Shown in pieces: positions 36,800 through 48,696 of a stretch of 64,000 bases of DNA (within the stretch, counting starts at the first letter, position 1; each line of letters begins with the position of its first letter). The notes under the pieces were generated by a model. The model did not search any database, was not told the DNA's origin, and was given only the letters and a program-made list of their open reading frames with translations. Source of the stretch: Octopus sinensis (lineage: Eukaryota); the NCBI RefSeq assembly GCF_006345805.1, contig NC_043009.1, positions 57,412,001-57,476,000 on the forward strand. The letters run 5' to 3'. Position numbers and translations under genes: made by a program.

Positions 36800-37830
36800 A
36801 GTTACTGTGAGCATATTGCCAGAGTTCAAGAAAATCTGTGCAGCAAGTGAGTTATGAAATAGGAATTTCAAAGTCCATCAGATTTTGAAGCGCTTGCTTA
36901 CATTCCAAGAATATTACGGAGTGAGGAGCGCTAAGGAGTGATAAGTAAAATTCCAATGTTATTATCAGTCCGGTCATGATGTTCCTCCGTAAAATGCAGA
37001 TTCTCAGGTCGCTGGTAGGTGCAAATTGTGGCCGTCAATTAAACCAAATTATTTAAATGCAGCCTCATCACTGCAAACAAACTTTGTTAGGAACAAGCTA
37101 CACACTGCGTTTTGTCACGGAGAATATATCTACACACCATTTGTCAACAGGCAAGATATATTCTCTGTGACAAAACGCAGTGAGAAGCTTGTTTCCTAGT
37201 TCGAACGTGCATCAAGCATATTCGGATTAATAAGAAAATTGCTATTCCAAGAAAGTTCACGCTCTCAATGAAGATGAAATGGATTGAAGAGTGAAGTTCT
37301 GCAAGTGGTTTTGGAGAGATGTGTAAATGCACACTTCCCAACAAAATTTGCTTGCAGTGATGAGGCTGCATTTAAATTAATTGGCTTAATTAACGGCCAC
37401 AATTTGCACCTACTGGCGACCTGAGAATCCGCATATTACAGAGGAACATCAAGTTAATTTACCAGGAGTTACAGTATGGTGCGGCTTATCGTTAAAAGGA
37501 TTAAATAGGTTATTCTTTGTCGATGGTTGTACACCTGGTCTCATTTACTTGAACTCCTTTGCGACAATCTGTTATGCCAAGTATTCAAGATGACTGAAGA
37601 TATGAAGTTTTATTTCCATCAAGCTGGGGCACGCTCACTCTACCATAGTAATATAAAGGACTACTTTGATGAAATTTTGCCAAATCTGTGGTTTGGATGC
37701 AGTAATTTGGTAGTGTTTCCTCCCGCGATCATCAGACCACAAACAGCTACACTTTTTATGGGGATACTTAAAAAGTAAAATTTCATGGTATACATCAGCT
37801 GATGAGCTGAGAACAGCTTTTAGATGAGAT
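36800..37830 (+). pseudogene. rosa/DD41D-like transposase relic
   Basis: KVHALNEDEMD*RVKFCKW; [16 protein letters not shown]; [23 protein letters not shown]; FYFHQAGA...FLWGYLKSK; heavily frameshifted. Confidence 0.85.
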
Positions 37831-37839
37831 TCTTTTCTA

Positions 37840-38200
37840 CTCTAGGCACCAGGCCCGCAATTTTTGGGGAATGGGGGCAGTCGATTACATCGACCTCGAA
37901 AGGATGAAAGGCAAAGCCGACCTCGGCGGAATTTGAACTCAGAACGTAAGGACGGACGAAATACCTATTTCTTTATTGCCCACAAGGGGCTAAACATAGA
38001 GGGGACAAACAAGGACAGACAAACGGATTAAGTCGATTACATCGACTCCAGTGCGTAACTGGCACTTATTTAATCGACCCCGAAAGGATGAAAGGCAAAT
38101 TCGACCTCGGCGGAATTTGAACTCAGAACGTAACGGCAGACGAAATACCGCTACGCATTTCGCCCGGCGTGCTAACGTTTCTGCCAGCTCGCCGCCTACT
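37840..38200 (-). mobile_element. SINE family B dimer
   Basis: One head plus an extra head-less unit. Confidence 0.88.
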
Positions 38201-38395
38201 TTAAATGAGATTGCGCACAAAATAGCGGATGAAATGCAGCGAAATGTTTCTTGGCGCTTGCAATCCCATTGGTTCATATTATTAGTAGTGCTTGGATCAG
38301 AATGGTCTTCAATTTGAAAACAGGCGTTCATAGAAACATTAAATTCTTCTCTGGAGACTCTATGAAATTTCGTAAGTGAACTGTATTTTAATAAA

Positions 38396-38555
38396 CGCAG
38401 GAGTGGCTGTGTGGTAAGTAGCTTGCTTACCAACCACATGGTTGCGAGTTCAGTCCCACTGCGTAGCACCTTGAGCAAGTGTCTTCTGCTATAGCCCCGG
38501 GCCGACCAAAGCCTTGAGTTGATTTGGTAGACAGAAACTGAAAGAAGCCCGTCGT

Positions 38556-38599
<44 letters not shown>

Positions 38600-38623
38600 T
38601 ATATAATATATATATACCCATAC

Positions 38624-38679
<56 letters not shown>

Positions 38680-38902
38680 GTATGTGTGTGTATATGTTTG
38701 TGTGTCTGTGTTTGTCCCTTCAACATCGCTTGACAACCGATGCGGTGTGTTTACGTCCCCGTTACTTAGCAGCTCGGCAAGAGAGAGACCGATAGAATAA
38801 GTACTAGGCTTACAAAGAATAAGTCCTGAGGTTGATTTGCCCGACTAAAGGCAGTGCTCCAGCATGGCCGCAGTCAAATGACTGAAACAAGTAAAAGAGT
38901 AA
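38396..38902 (+). mobile_element. SINE family A with ~145-bp internal microsatellite
   Basis: Matches family A. Confidence 0.9.
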
Positions 38903-39078
38903 ACATTGAAAGTGTTTACACTTTTCAGGACGTCCTCTGTGTGTGCATCACGTGATCACGTGACCAACCAGACCATCAGATGTTGTTACACATCACTGGT
39001 CACAATGCGTTCGCATTGTTTTAGCCTTCGAATGACGCCACCCCCCCCCACCGCTGGTAAGCGAGCAGGCCAATATAT

Positions 39079-39142
<64 letters not shown>

Positions 39143-39143
<1 letters not shown>

Positions 39144-39300
39144 CGGGAAGCTTTATGAAAATAGACAAAAGACGAAGGCAGTGTGGAAACAAACAAACAA
39201 TTGTATTAGTATGGCGCTCAGGAAATATAAATAAAACAAGTCTTTAACGTTTCGAGCCTACGCTCTTCAACAGAAAGATACAGAGAGTGAGAAAAAAAAA
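39143..39300 (-). mobile_element. Family F copy (diverged subfamily)
   Basis: HHR-like motif at 39241-39278. Confidence 0.65.
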
Positions 39301-39469
39301 ACACAGAAAGAAGGAAGAAAAAAATGCGTGCAGTAACTAACGAATCAACATGGCGATCTGATTTCGGCCAGAAGTCAAAGAGCAAACTGAGACGCGAGAG
39401 CGAAATTAGGGGAGATAATAGGGTTGAGTGACCAGCTCCAACATAAGGGTGTGTTGTGTGTAATGAGAA

Positions 39470-39815
39470 GTATTAGTGCGTGTGAGAGGTCTGGACGTGT
39501 GTATGTATAGGGTTGGTGTATGTATTAGTAGTAATTAGTATGTATAAGGGTGTGTGTGTGTGTGTGTATGAGAGAGTATTAGTGCGTATGAGAGGTTTGG
39601 ACGTGTGTATGTATAGGGTTGGTGTATGTATTAGTATGTATTAGTATGTATTAGTATGTATTAGTACGTATTAGTATGTAATAAGGGTGTGTGTGTGTAT
39701 GAGAGAGTATTAGTGCGTATGAGAGGTCTGGACGTGTTATGTATAGGGTTGGTGTGTTTAGTATGTATTAGTATGTATTAGTATGTATTAGTTGGTGTAT
39801 GTATTAGTATGGCAC
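39470..39815. repeat. Three diverged ~110-130-bp blocks with internal (GTATGTATTA)n
   Basis: gtattagtgcgt..gagaggt.tggacgtgt repeated three times. Confidence 0.85.
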
Positions 39816-39849
39816 ATCATATATGATGTGATGTTGGTAAAGTCGTGTG

Positions 39850-40170
39850 GTGTAGTGTGGAGAGAGGAGAAGAGGGGGAGGAAAGGAGGGGGAGAGAGGG
39901 GGAGAGAGAGAGGGGCAGAAGGAAGGGGAGGAGGAGGGAGGAGGAAGGAGGAAAGAGGGAGAGGGGGAGAGAGAAGGGAGTGAGGGAGCAGAGGAAGGGG
40001 AAGAGGGAAGGAGGGAGGGAGAAAGAGGGAAGAAGGGAAGGGGAGTAGGGGTGAAAGGATGGAAGGAGAAGAGTAGGGGGTCGGGGGGTGGGGAAGGGTA
40101 GGGGTGGGGGGGGGGGGGGAGGCGGGGGAGGGGGAGAGGGGGGGTTAGATGAGGAGGGGGGAGAGTTGAG
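39850..40170. repeat. Polypurine, G-rich low-complexity tract
   Basis: Directly visible; many G3+ runs. Confidence 0.9.
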
Positions 40171-40672
40171 ACCAAATGGCGTATAAGAGCGAAGAGAGAA
40201 GATTTACGTACATATATACATATGTGCGCGTGTGTGTTTGTTTATGAGAGAGAGAGAGGATGTACGAAACTATGAAATCAAGAATGGTAAATGGTTCCCG
40301 CAAGTCACAAGGGACCCTGAGATGTAGCTGGTTCTAAGTGCGAAACGATTGCGAGATAAGACTTGCCCACACTTCTAAGGGATTGACATATAATATGACA
40401 TATTTCCCAGATAATTCATTGGGTAATTGATGTAGAATTAGATATCAAATTCATTGGAACGATTAAATGAAAATAAATATGGTTGTTTATTTCTACCATG
40501 GGTTTCTTAATTAATTATTTCTATCCCAATAATAAATATTAGGACCTCATTATTATACAATATAAAAGACAAAAGGAATAGTAGCAAGATGCTTTCTCTG
40601 GATGAAAGCTGCAACTTTGTGACTTTCTACTGTGTATCCACATTGAGTATGATATACAGAATGAGACATATA

Positions 40673-40850
40673 TCTATTACATAAAATCCAGTCTGTCTGT
40701 CTGTGTGTTTGTCTTCTAGGATCTGGAGCATCCTCCATCCGATTGCGCTCAAATTTGATATGTAGATATCGACGGTATCAAGGCGTGTATAAGTCTTCAA
40801 AAAATTACAAAACTCGATTCTAGATGAGAATGCGATCGATAAAGCATTCT
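40673..40850 (+). mobile_element. Helitron/DINE-like 5' fragment
   Basis: A|TCTATTACATAAAA followed by (GTCT)n and aaatttgatatg motifs. Confidence 0.5.
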
Positions 40851-41223
40851 TTGGAATAGAAAAAAGTCTATCTTTATTTCTTCTTTTGCTGGTGTCTCAA
40901 ATTTAGGTTAAATCAGTGTTTCTCAAAGGGGAGGTCGGACAAGTTGTCTGGAGAAAATTTGGTTTAAATGTTTGACAACTCAGCACCGTCCATTGGACGG
41001 GGGGGGGGTGTTTTGCTCATTAATATATATATATATGTCCCCCTTACATCACTTGACAACCGATGCTGGTGTGTTTACGTCCCCGTGACTTAGCGGTTCG
41101 GCAAAAGAGACCGATAGAATAAGTACTAGGCTTACAAGGAATAAGTCCTGAGGTTGATTTGCTCGACTAAAGGCGGTGCTCCAGCATTGCCACAGTCAAA
41201 TGATTGAAACAAGTAAAGAGTAT

Positions 41224-41254
<31 letters not shown>

Positions 41255-41297
41255 TATGCGTGTATATATATATATATACCCACATATATGTGTGTGC

Positions 41298-41332
<35 letters not shown>

Positions 41333-41698
41333 TGAGTGTGCGTTTATGCTGTCTGTTCCCTATTACCGTTCGGCAACCGGTGTTTGTTTGTTCACCTTTC
41401 CGTAACCTTGCAGTTCCGCAAAAGCGTTAGTGGTAGATTAAGTACCAGACTTAAAGGAGAAAATAAGTACCGGGGTCGATTTGTTCGACCAAACCCCATT
41501 GAAGGTAGTGCCCCAGCCCAGCCGCAGCCCAGCCGCAACCCAGTGGCTGAAGCAAGTAAGAGATAAAAGAGAAATGTACTGGAACTTTGTGCGCCGCCCA
41601 GGTTGAGAAGGAAGAAAGAATGGCACAGAATTGGTCTCAATGAATGCATTTTCGGGTCAGTAAAACACCACTGTTTTTCTCATTAAAGGTTATCTTTC

Positions 41699-42082
41699 GT
41701 GGAGGCGCAATGGCCCAGTGGTTAGGGCAGCGGACTCGCGGTCATAGGATCGCGGTTTCGATTCCCAGACCGGGCGTTGTGAGTGTTTATTGAGCGAAAA
41801 CACCTAAAGCTCCACGAGGCTCCGGCAGGGGATGGTGGTGATCCCTGCTGTACTCTTTCACCACAACTTTCTCTCACTCTTACTTCCTGTTTCTGTTGTA
41901 CCTGTATTTCAAAGGGCCGGCCTTGTCACTCTCTGTGTCACGCTGAATATCCCCGAGAACTACGTTAAGGGTATACTTGTCTGTGGAGTGCTCAGCCACT
42001 TACACGTTAATTTCACGAGCAGGCTGTTCCGTTGATTCGGATCAACCGGAACCCTCATCGTCGTAACCGACGGAGTGCTTCC
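41699..42082 (+). mobile_element. SINE family C, full length, 14-bp TSD
   Basis: AAAGGTTATCTTTC at 41685-41698 and 42083-42096; A box TGGCCCAGTGG, B box GTTTCGATTCCC. Confidence 0.93.
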
Positions 42083-42640
42083 AAAGGTTATCTTTCACAG
42101 AAAAAATTTTAATGACTTTCTATCGCTTTTGATGCAGTCTGCTGCCTATAGTGCAGTGTTACAGTTAAGCGCTCAATATTAATAGTAATTTGATCGTATT
42201 TTAATTGTATAAAAAAAAAACATATCGCTAATTAATGCATATTAAGTTAGGACAAGATTAATTGAAAGTGTAAACAGTTTTACTTCATTTGAAACTATTA
42301 AAGATCATATCACCTCTATTATTCTAAAAATATTTTCGTGAATTTATGAAATAATTTTAGAATTGAGCGGAAATCGGCGAGTCGGAAGACAAACAACCCA
42401 TACTAAAATAAAAAGAAAAACCGACCGTTATTAAAACGTCTGGAAACCAGAGGTGTCAGGAAAAAAAAAAACGCAAACATCCAAATATTGAAACTGGCCA
42501 AGAGTAACATAGGCAGCGGTAAAGAAAACAATCATGAAACACAATTGCTGTCTTCGTCGATTGTTTATTCTGTATGTCCACTCTGTTGCTGTTTGTTCGT
42601 TCGAAAGTCTAACTCTCCTCATCTATATATATCGGGGGGG

Positions 42641-42884
42641 GGGACCCCCCTCGGTCACGACACTGACCATGGGATTGCACCTAGAAAGTTACCCTCCTAG
42701 TCACAAGTCTGGGCAAGGTGGTTTATGGAAGACCAGGAGTCGCCCATGCATACCGGCCTCCCCTCACCACACCACTGATGTTATCCAAGGGAAAGGCAAA
42801 GGGGCCGATACAGCTTGGCACCCGTGACGTCGTAACTCATTTCTACAGCTGAGTTAACTGGAGCAACGTGAAATAAAGTGTCTT
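42641..42884 (-). mobile_element. SINE family E, 5' truncated
   Basis: Same body as 58906-59153 and 21186-21410. Confidence 0.85.
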
Positions 42885-43248
42885 AAAGCTGAAGTTGTCT
42901 GTGTATGGCAGGTTTGGTAGTCTTCAACTAATACTATCTCCTCGAAGTTGACCAAAATTGAGAGTATGATAGAAGAAGGCTTGCTCTTCCTTCCGTAGAA
43001 GAAAAATTCAAATCGGACCATGTTCATACCAAAAATTATTTACATCAAAAAGGTGCTTTTTTTTAATGAAAATCCCTATTTTTTAACGATTTTTTGACTG
43101 CTGTGTCGCCAGTTTTCGGTGTATTTCAACCAGAAAAATGTTCACTTAAAGAGAATAACAAGCTACCTAATGCAAAAGTTTTACTTTTCAAAAATTCCGA
43201 TTCTGAAGAGTCGAAACAAACCCGAGCAACGCCGGGCGATTCTGCTAG
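42885..43248 (+). mobile_element. Helitron-type non-autonomous element
   Basis: Ends CCCGAGCAACGCCGGGCGATTCTGCTAG|T. Confidence 0.8.
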
Positions 43249-43644
43249 TATTTTATATTTAAAAAATTTCTGGATGCTGCTCTCTTATGAAGTTTTCCTA
43301 CCTTATCGTTGCAAGCACGAAACAGGGAGTAACAAACAGTCGACAACTGAGGAGGGGGTTAGACTTCTTTTGGTATTTTGTCCCGTACTTGTCTCTCGTT
43401 ATGTGTTTACGTATTTTTCGCTCGTTGGTGATGTCCTGTTCTCATTGAGCATTTTTGGCATTTTGTCCTATACTTAATGTGTATTATATATATATATATA
43501 TAGAAATTAAATATAAAATATAAATTACAAAGTGGGACAAGAACGCAAAAACACACAAAGAGACGACACAAAAAAAAAAACAGACGGGTCACTCGAAGCC
43601 TCTAATTTTCAGTCGGGAACCGGATCATCTTAGTAATTTCGGCT

Positions 43645-43663
43645 GTTAATCTCGATATATATA

Positions 43664-43745
<82 letters not shown>

Positions 43746-43747
43746 TC

Positions 43748-43779
<32 letters not shown>

Positions 43780-43865
43780 TTACATACACACATATATACA
43801 CACACACACCACACATACATATGCACACACACACACACACATATGTATGTTCATATATATATATG

Positions 43866-43915
<50 letters not shown>

Positions 43916-44091
43916 TGTACGTATGTATGTATGTATTTATGTATGTATATTGTATTTAAAGCACGAAGTATAAAACAACCAAAACAACGTCACTAGCTTA
44001 TAGATGAGGAGTACATATTTCAGAAGTGTACTCACTGAATTATTTATATTCTAAGAGTAACGACATAAATCTACATGAATGTGTCTGTCTG

Positions 44092-44150
<59 letters not shown>
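43645..44150. repeat. (TA)n, (CA)n, (TATG)n and (TATC)n tracts
   Basis: Directly visible. Confidence 0.9.
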
Positions 44151-44153
<3 letters not shown>

Positions 44154-45344
44154 ATATACATAATCTATATATGTATGTGTGTGTGCGTGTGTCTATTTAA
44201 TGGCCGTGTAGGGAGCTTTTTCAGCACTACATCCAAACTTCTGCAAACCATTTGAACGTCTTCAATAGTTAAGCGACTATAAAAAAATGTGTAGAAATTT
44301 TTCAGCAAACGAGAGCAAGCAGAAAGACTTGGATATAACTTTAAAGACAATTTAAGCACAGGATATAAGAGAATGATCAAGCAACGCCGGTTTGAATTTT
44401 CGATTGAATCAATGAAGGAAGTTAACCAAAGAATTGATAATAAAGGTGGAACTCTAAAAATATTTCAAATAATTTGATCTAAATATTCTAAATCGTTTGC
44501 TGGAAGTGAAGCCTAAGACGTGATATCAAATCTTGAGAAGGAAATCAAACTCTTTTTGTGTATAGAAGTGAGACGAAATAGGAGAAGGATGTATGACAAA
44601 GCAACACCCCATATCCACCTGGCAGAAAATGATAGACACAGTTGATTTGCCGGTAGGAACCTACTTCAGAAAATTTGTTTTATGTTCTGATCGGTAAAAT
44701 TACTGCAGGGTTAGCTGTGTGTTTTGATGTCAAAAAAAAAAAAAAGGTTGATATTTTCTGTGAAAATATCTCACAAAATCTGAAAGTAAGCTACAAAATA
44801 AATAAATAAATAAATAAATGAATAAGAATTGCAAGATTTAGGACACCAATAAGCAATAGATTTTAATAATGAAACGCAAAGTTTAGCGCCAGTACATGAG
44901 ACAAATTTCGGCAAACCAGAACTGACAACTTTAGAATTATTTAATTTTTTTTTAACTGATTACAAACTTTGTGAGATATTTCCAGATATTTGAGACTGTT
45001 TGAGAATATTGTTGACAATTTCTGTTACAGTCGCATTAGCATAAAAACTTTTTGCAAACTTAAACCTTTTAAATTAATACTTTTTAAAAGTTATCCTGTT
45101 TCAAACTCAACTTGCTAACTTCAAAACACTGAGTATTAAATTAAGCATTAACAAAGAAATGGATTGTGATTGTGCAATTTGAAATTCTGCAGATGCAAAT
45201 GTCAGAAAAGCTAATTTCATTTTGTTATTACACTTATCGTCGGTTTGTATAATCTATATTGTAATCCTCTTATATTAGCTGGTCCGACGCTGACGACAAT
45301 AACCAAGGACATCACACAGGAGAAGAAGACGGAGCATGGTGTGT

Positions 45345-45912
45345 CCGGCTATGGTCGTTTTTCCTCTAGCGCTGACTTAAGCCGCTCGAACTGCTCTCAG
45401 TAGATCTCCTTTGCTATTGTTTGGTTTGGGTTTAAGAATTCAAAGTGGACTAAACCTTTCATATCCCACCAAACAGATAACAACACCTTACATGGGTGAA
45501 GACCTTTAGCCTAGGGTGCTGGTATTTCTCCCTTCCCTACCCACTGTCTTCGGCGTTTGACATTTTTATAGGGAACCCATTTCTCGTCACCTGTCACTAT
45601 CCGGTCCCAAAACGGTTCATTCGTGAGACGTGATAGCAAAGAAGAGCATATATACACACTGCGTGCGATCAGACTCAGGAACTTTGTGAGGAACCTATTG
45701 ATCCAATTTGCTGACTTTTCCGATGGCACGCAGATGTCGATGAATGGTTGAATGACCAAATCCAAGCTTCTCTGCTAGTTCCTCAACAGTTACGATGAGA
45801 TTCCTTTTGTTCCACCAGGGTTTGCAGAATGTCCTCGTCGAGCTTTACAGGTCTTCCAAGACGAGGCCCGTCTTCTAGGTTGTAGTTTCCGACTCTAGGT
45901 TTCTGGAACCAA
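45345..45912 (-). pseudogene. Mariner transposase fragment, same family as 5995-7241
   Basis: LLSRLTNEPFWDRIVTGDEKWVPYKNVKRRRQW; nucleotide similarity to 6400-6920. Confidence 0.9.
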
Positions 45913-46569
45913 GGATGAGATATGTTAATGCCCTAATGACAGACACTGGTCTCTGGGAGACACAGGACATGGCAGCGATGATAAGGGATGATCGCTGGAG
46001 AGAACTTGTCTACGGATCACGGGAATCTTACCCACCCTACCAGTTTTATTGTGTACAATACAATTACTACTATGGGTATAATTTAGTATGTTAATTATGT
46101 TATCTCGCCGTCCCTCTCAACTAGCAACCCCTTTTACATGCCCAGCGCCCACATTGTGGTAGTGCTGCTCCCGTTGAGGACCTCTGGAGTAGATTAAGAT
46201 TAAAGGCTCTCCACCCTGTTTTCTCTTTTTTTTCTCAGATACTGTATAGCTAAGACGGCGTTAACTAATGAATCCTTAACATTTTTACGATATTGTGAGG
46301 AGAATTTGGTTGCTATTTTTAAAAAATGAAACGAGTATTTCGCGGTTACCTTATCGGATCAGGGCTCCTTATTTCTAGTCTATGTTTTTGCAGGATGATA
46401 ACCTTGGTTAACATAATACAAAATACAGAATAAACAGCTCGTTTAGAATTTCGTATTTTCGTGGAATTATATAACAAACTGATGCAAGAAAAATAATTGT
46501 GCCAACAAAAACACATCAACGAAATAAAACAATAAGAAAAGTCATTATTAATTTTATGTTGTTATTTTA

Positions 46570-47340
46570 AAGTGAGGTGGCTGAATCGTTAGCACGCCGG
46601 GCGAGATGCTTAGCCGTATTTCGTCTGTCGTTACGCTGTGAGTTCAAATTCCGCCGAGGTCGAATTTGCCTTTCATTCTTTCGGGGTCGATAAATAAAGT
46701 ACCAGTTACGCACTGGGGTCGATGTAATCGACTTAATCAGTTTGTCTGTCCTTGTTTGTCCCCTCTATGTTTAGCCCCTTGTGGGCAATAAAGAAATAAA
46801 TATTTCGTCTGCCGCTACGTTCTAAGTTCAAATTCCGCTGAGGTCGACTTTGCCTTTCCTCCTTCCGGAATCGATAAATTAAGTACCAGTTGCGTACTAG
46901 GGTCGATCTAATCGACTGGCTCCCTCCTCCAAAATTTCGAGCCTTGTGCCTAGAGTAGAAAAGAATCTTTAGGACGCCGGACAAAACCCTTAGTGGCATT
47001 TCGTCTGTCTTTACGTTCTGAGTTCAAATTCCGCCGATGTCGACTTCGCCGTTCATCCTTTCGGGGTCGATTAAATAAATACCAGTTGCGTACTGGGGTC
47101 GATATAATCGACTGGCCCCCACCCCAAAGATTTCGGGCCTTGTGCCTAAAGTAGAAAAGATTATTAATCTTATGTTGTTATTTTAAGGTGATGAGCTGAA
47201 TCTTTAGCACGCCGGGCAAAACGCTAAGCGACACTTCGTTCACGTTCTGAGTTCAAATTTCGCCGCGGTCGACTTTGCTTTTTGGGATCCATAATATAAG
47301 TTCCAGTAAAGTAGACTGAATGTAATCGTGTTGCCTCTCT
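46570..47340 (+). mobile_element. Cluster of SINE family B copies
   Basis: Four units with family B motifs. Confidence 0.85.
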
Positions 47341-47599
47341 CATCAAAATTGTTGACCTTGCTCCAAAATTAGAAAGAAATATTCTGTTATTGAAAGAAAT
47401 GAATCATCATGAAAGAAAATTGAATTATAATTTTCATTCTCTTCATTCGTCGCCCTTGCGGTAGCAACACCAATAACTGTTTCTAATTTTGACACGATAA
47501 CGATTTTGCCAGATCGTCTCTTAAAATAATGCTGCGTTGAGTCAAGAGTTTTACTATGTTTTTGGTAACTTATTTGATTTATTCGTCAAGTTGCAACCA

Positions 47600-47771
47600 A
47601 AACAGCTTAGCGTTCGAAGTAGAAGCTATCGTGTTACACGGTCTGGGGCCACCTTCCTGACGGTTCTTTCCTTCTACACTGTAGCCAGTCCTTGTCCTTC
47701 GAGGCGAAGATCTTCTTCACTGAAGCTTCCACTTTCTCGTCTTGGCTGATGAAGCGTAGCGAGTGCAGGAA
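47600..47771 (-). pseudogene. Mariner C-terminal relic
   Basis: HFLHSLRFISQDEKVEASVKKIFASKDKDW...RWPQTV*HDSFYFE. Confidence 0.65.
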
Positions 47772-47772
47772 G

Positions 47773-47946
47773 TGAGTCATGGATCAATTGAATCGTGGAT
47801 CAAATGAGTCATGGATCAAATGAGTCATGGATCAAGTGAATCGTGGATCAAGTGAGTCATGGATCAAGTGAATAGTGGATCAAGTGAGTCATGGATCAAA
47901 GTGAGTCATGGATCAAGTGAATCGTGGATCAACTGAGTCATTGATC
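47773..47946. repeat. 16-bp minisatellite, 11 units
   Basis: TGAGTCATGGATCAAN and TGAAT(C/A)GTGGATCAAN variants. Confidence 0.95.
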
Positions 47947-47954
47947 GGAACAAG

Positions 47955-48130
47955 CAATAATCCAATGGAGATATTTTTCTGTAATCCTAACATCCATAAG
48001 CAGTGGTTAAACAACGGCCAGCTTCAGGAACCTGTCCCCAAACATGGGCGTTTCGAACTCAAGGTGATGTTCCTCGTTTGGTAGAATTAGGAGGGGATAA
48101 TTCGCTGCGAGTTCGTTCCGGATGATTGAA
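47955..48130 (+). pseudogene. Mariner transposase internal fragment
   Basis: KHGRFELKVMFLVW*N*EGIIRCEFVPD (KVMLxVWWxxxG motif). Confidence 0.6.
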
Positions 48131-48214
48131 CCATTGGTCGGAAAAAGTACCCAGCATGTAGTGTACATGTTGTGGGGATTGTTTATTGGACATTTCCTGT
48201 ATAGAGTGTGACTT

Positions 48215-48520
48215 GTGCTTTTGGATTATTTTATTTGGGTTGTGCTATTGAATTGACAGTGTCTTGCATAGACTGTGGGCTGTTCCTAGCAGGGCTACTT
48301 TTTGGATTGTGTGTAGAGTTGGGGGTCTAGGTATAGCTTCCAAGCTTTTGTTCATTGTTTTTTCTTTATCATACCCACTGCTCCAATTGTTATTGGTACC
48401 GTTTTCACCATCATATCCCACATCGTGAAAAGTTCAATTTCGAGATTTTCGCACTTTGACAATTTCTCTGCTTCTTTTCGGTCCTGTTAGTTTTCATGTT
48501 GTAGTGTTGGCGGATTGTCC
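48215..48520 (-). pseudogene. R4/Dong-type LINE 3' end relic
   Basis: KEAEKLSKCENLEIELFTMW...VPITIGAVG...IQKVALLGTAHSL. Confidence 0.8.
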
Positions 48521-48696
48521 AGTGGATATAATTACTTACTTGATTATATCTCTATATATAAATCTTATATATATTCAGATTTGGCCAGAACTATTCAGCC
48601 AGAGATGATGTGGATAGCTGTCTCATTGTGCTGTTTGCACATTCTGTATTTGGTGTCAGGACCTGTTTTCATTTATTATTATTTATCATTTTGTGA

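Noticed and set aside
37799-37820. CTGATGA followed by a GCTG/CAGC hairpin
   Set aside because: Followed by TTTT rather than GAAA; lies within the transposase relic.
43203-43217. CTGAAGA-GTC-GAAAC hammerhead-like core
   Set aside because: No stem II, I or III; it is a variant of the Helitron subterminal sequence.
44200-44680. Lys/Glu-rich stretch resembling decayed coding sequence
   Set aside because: No diagnostic motif, and frequent stops.
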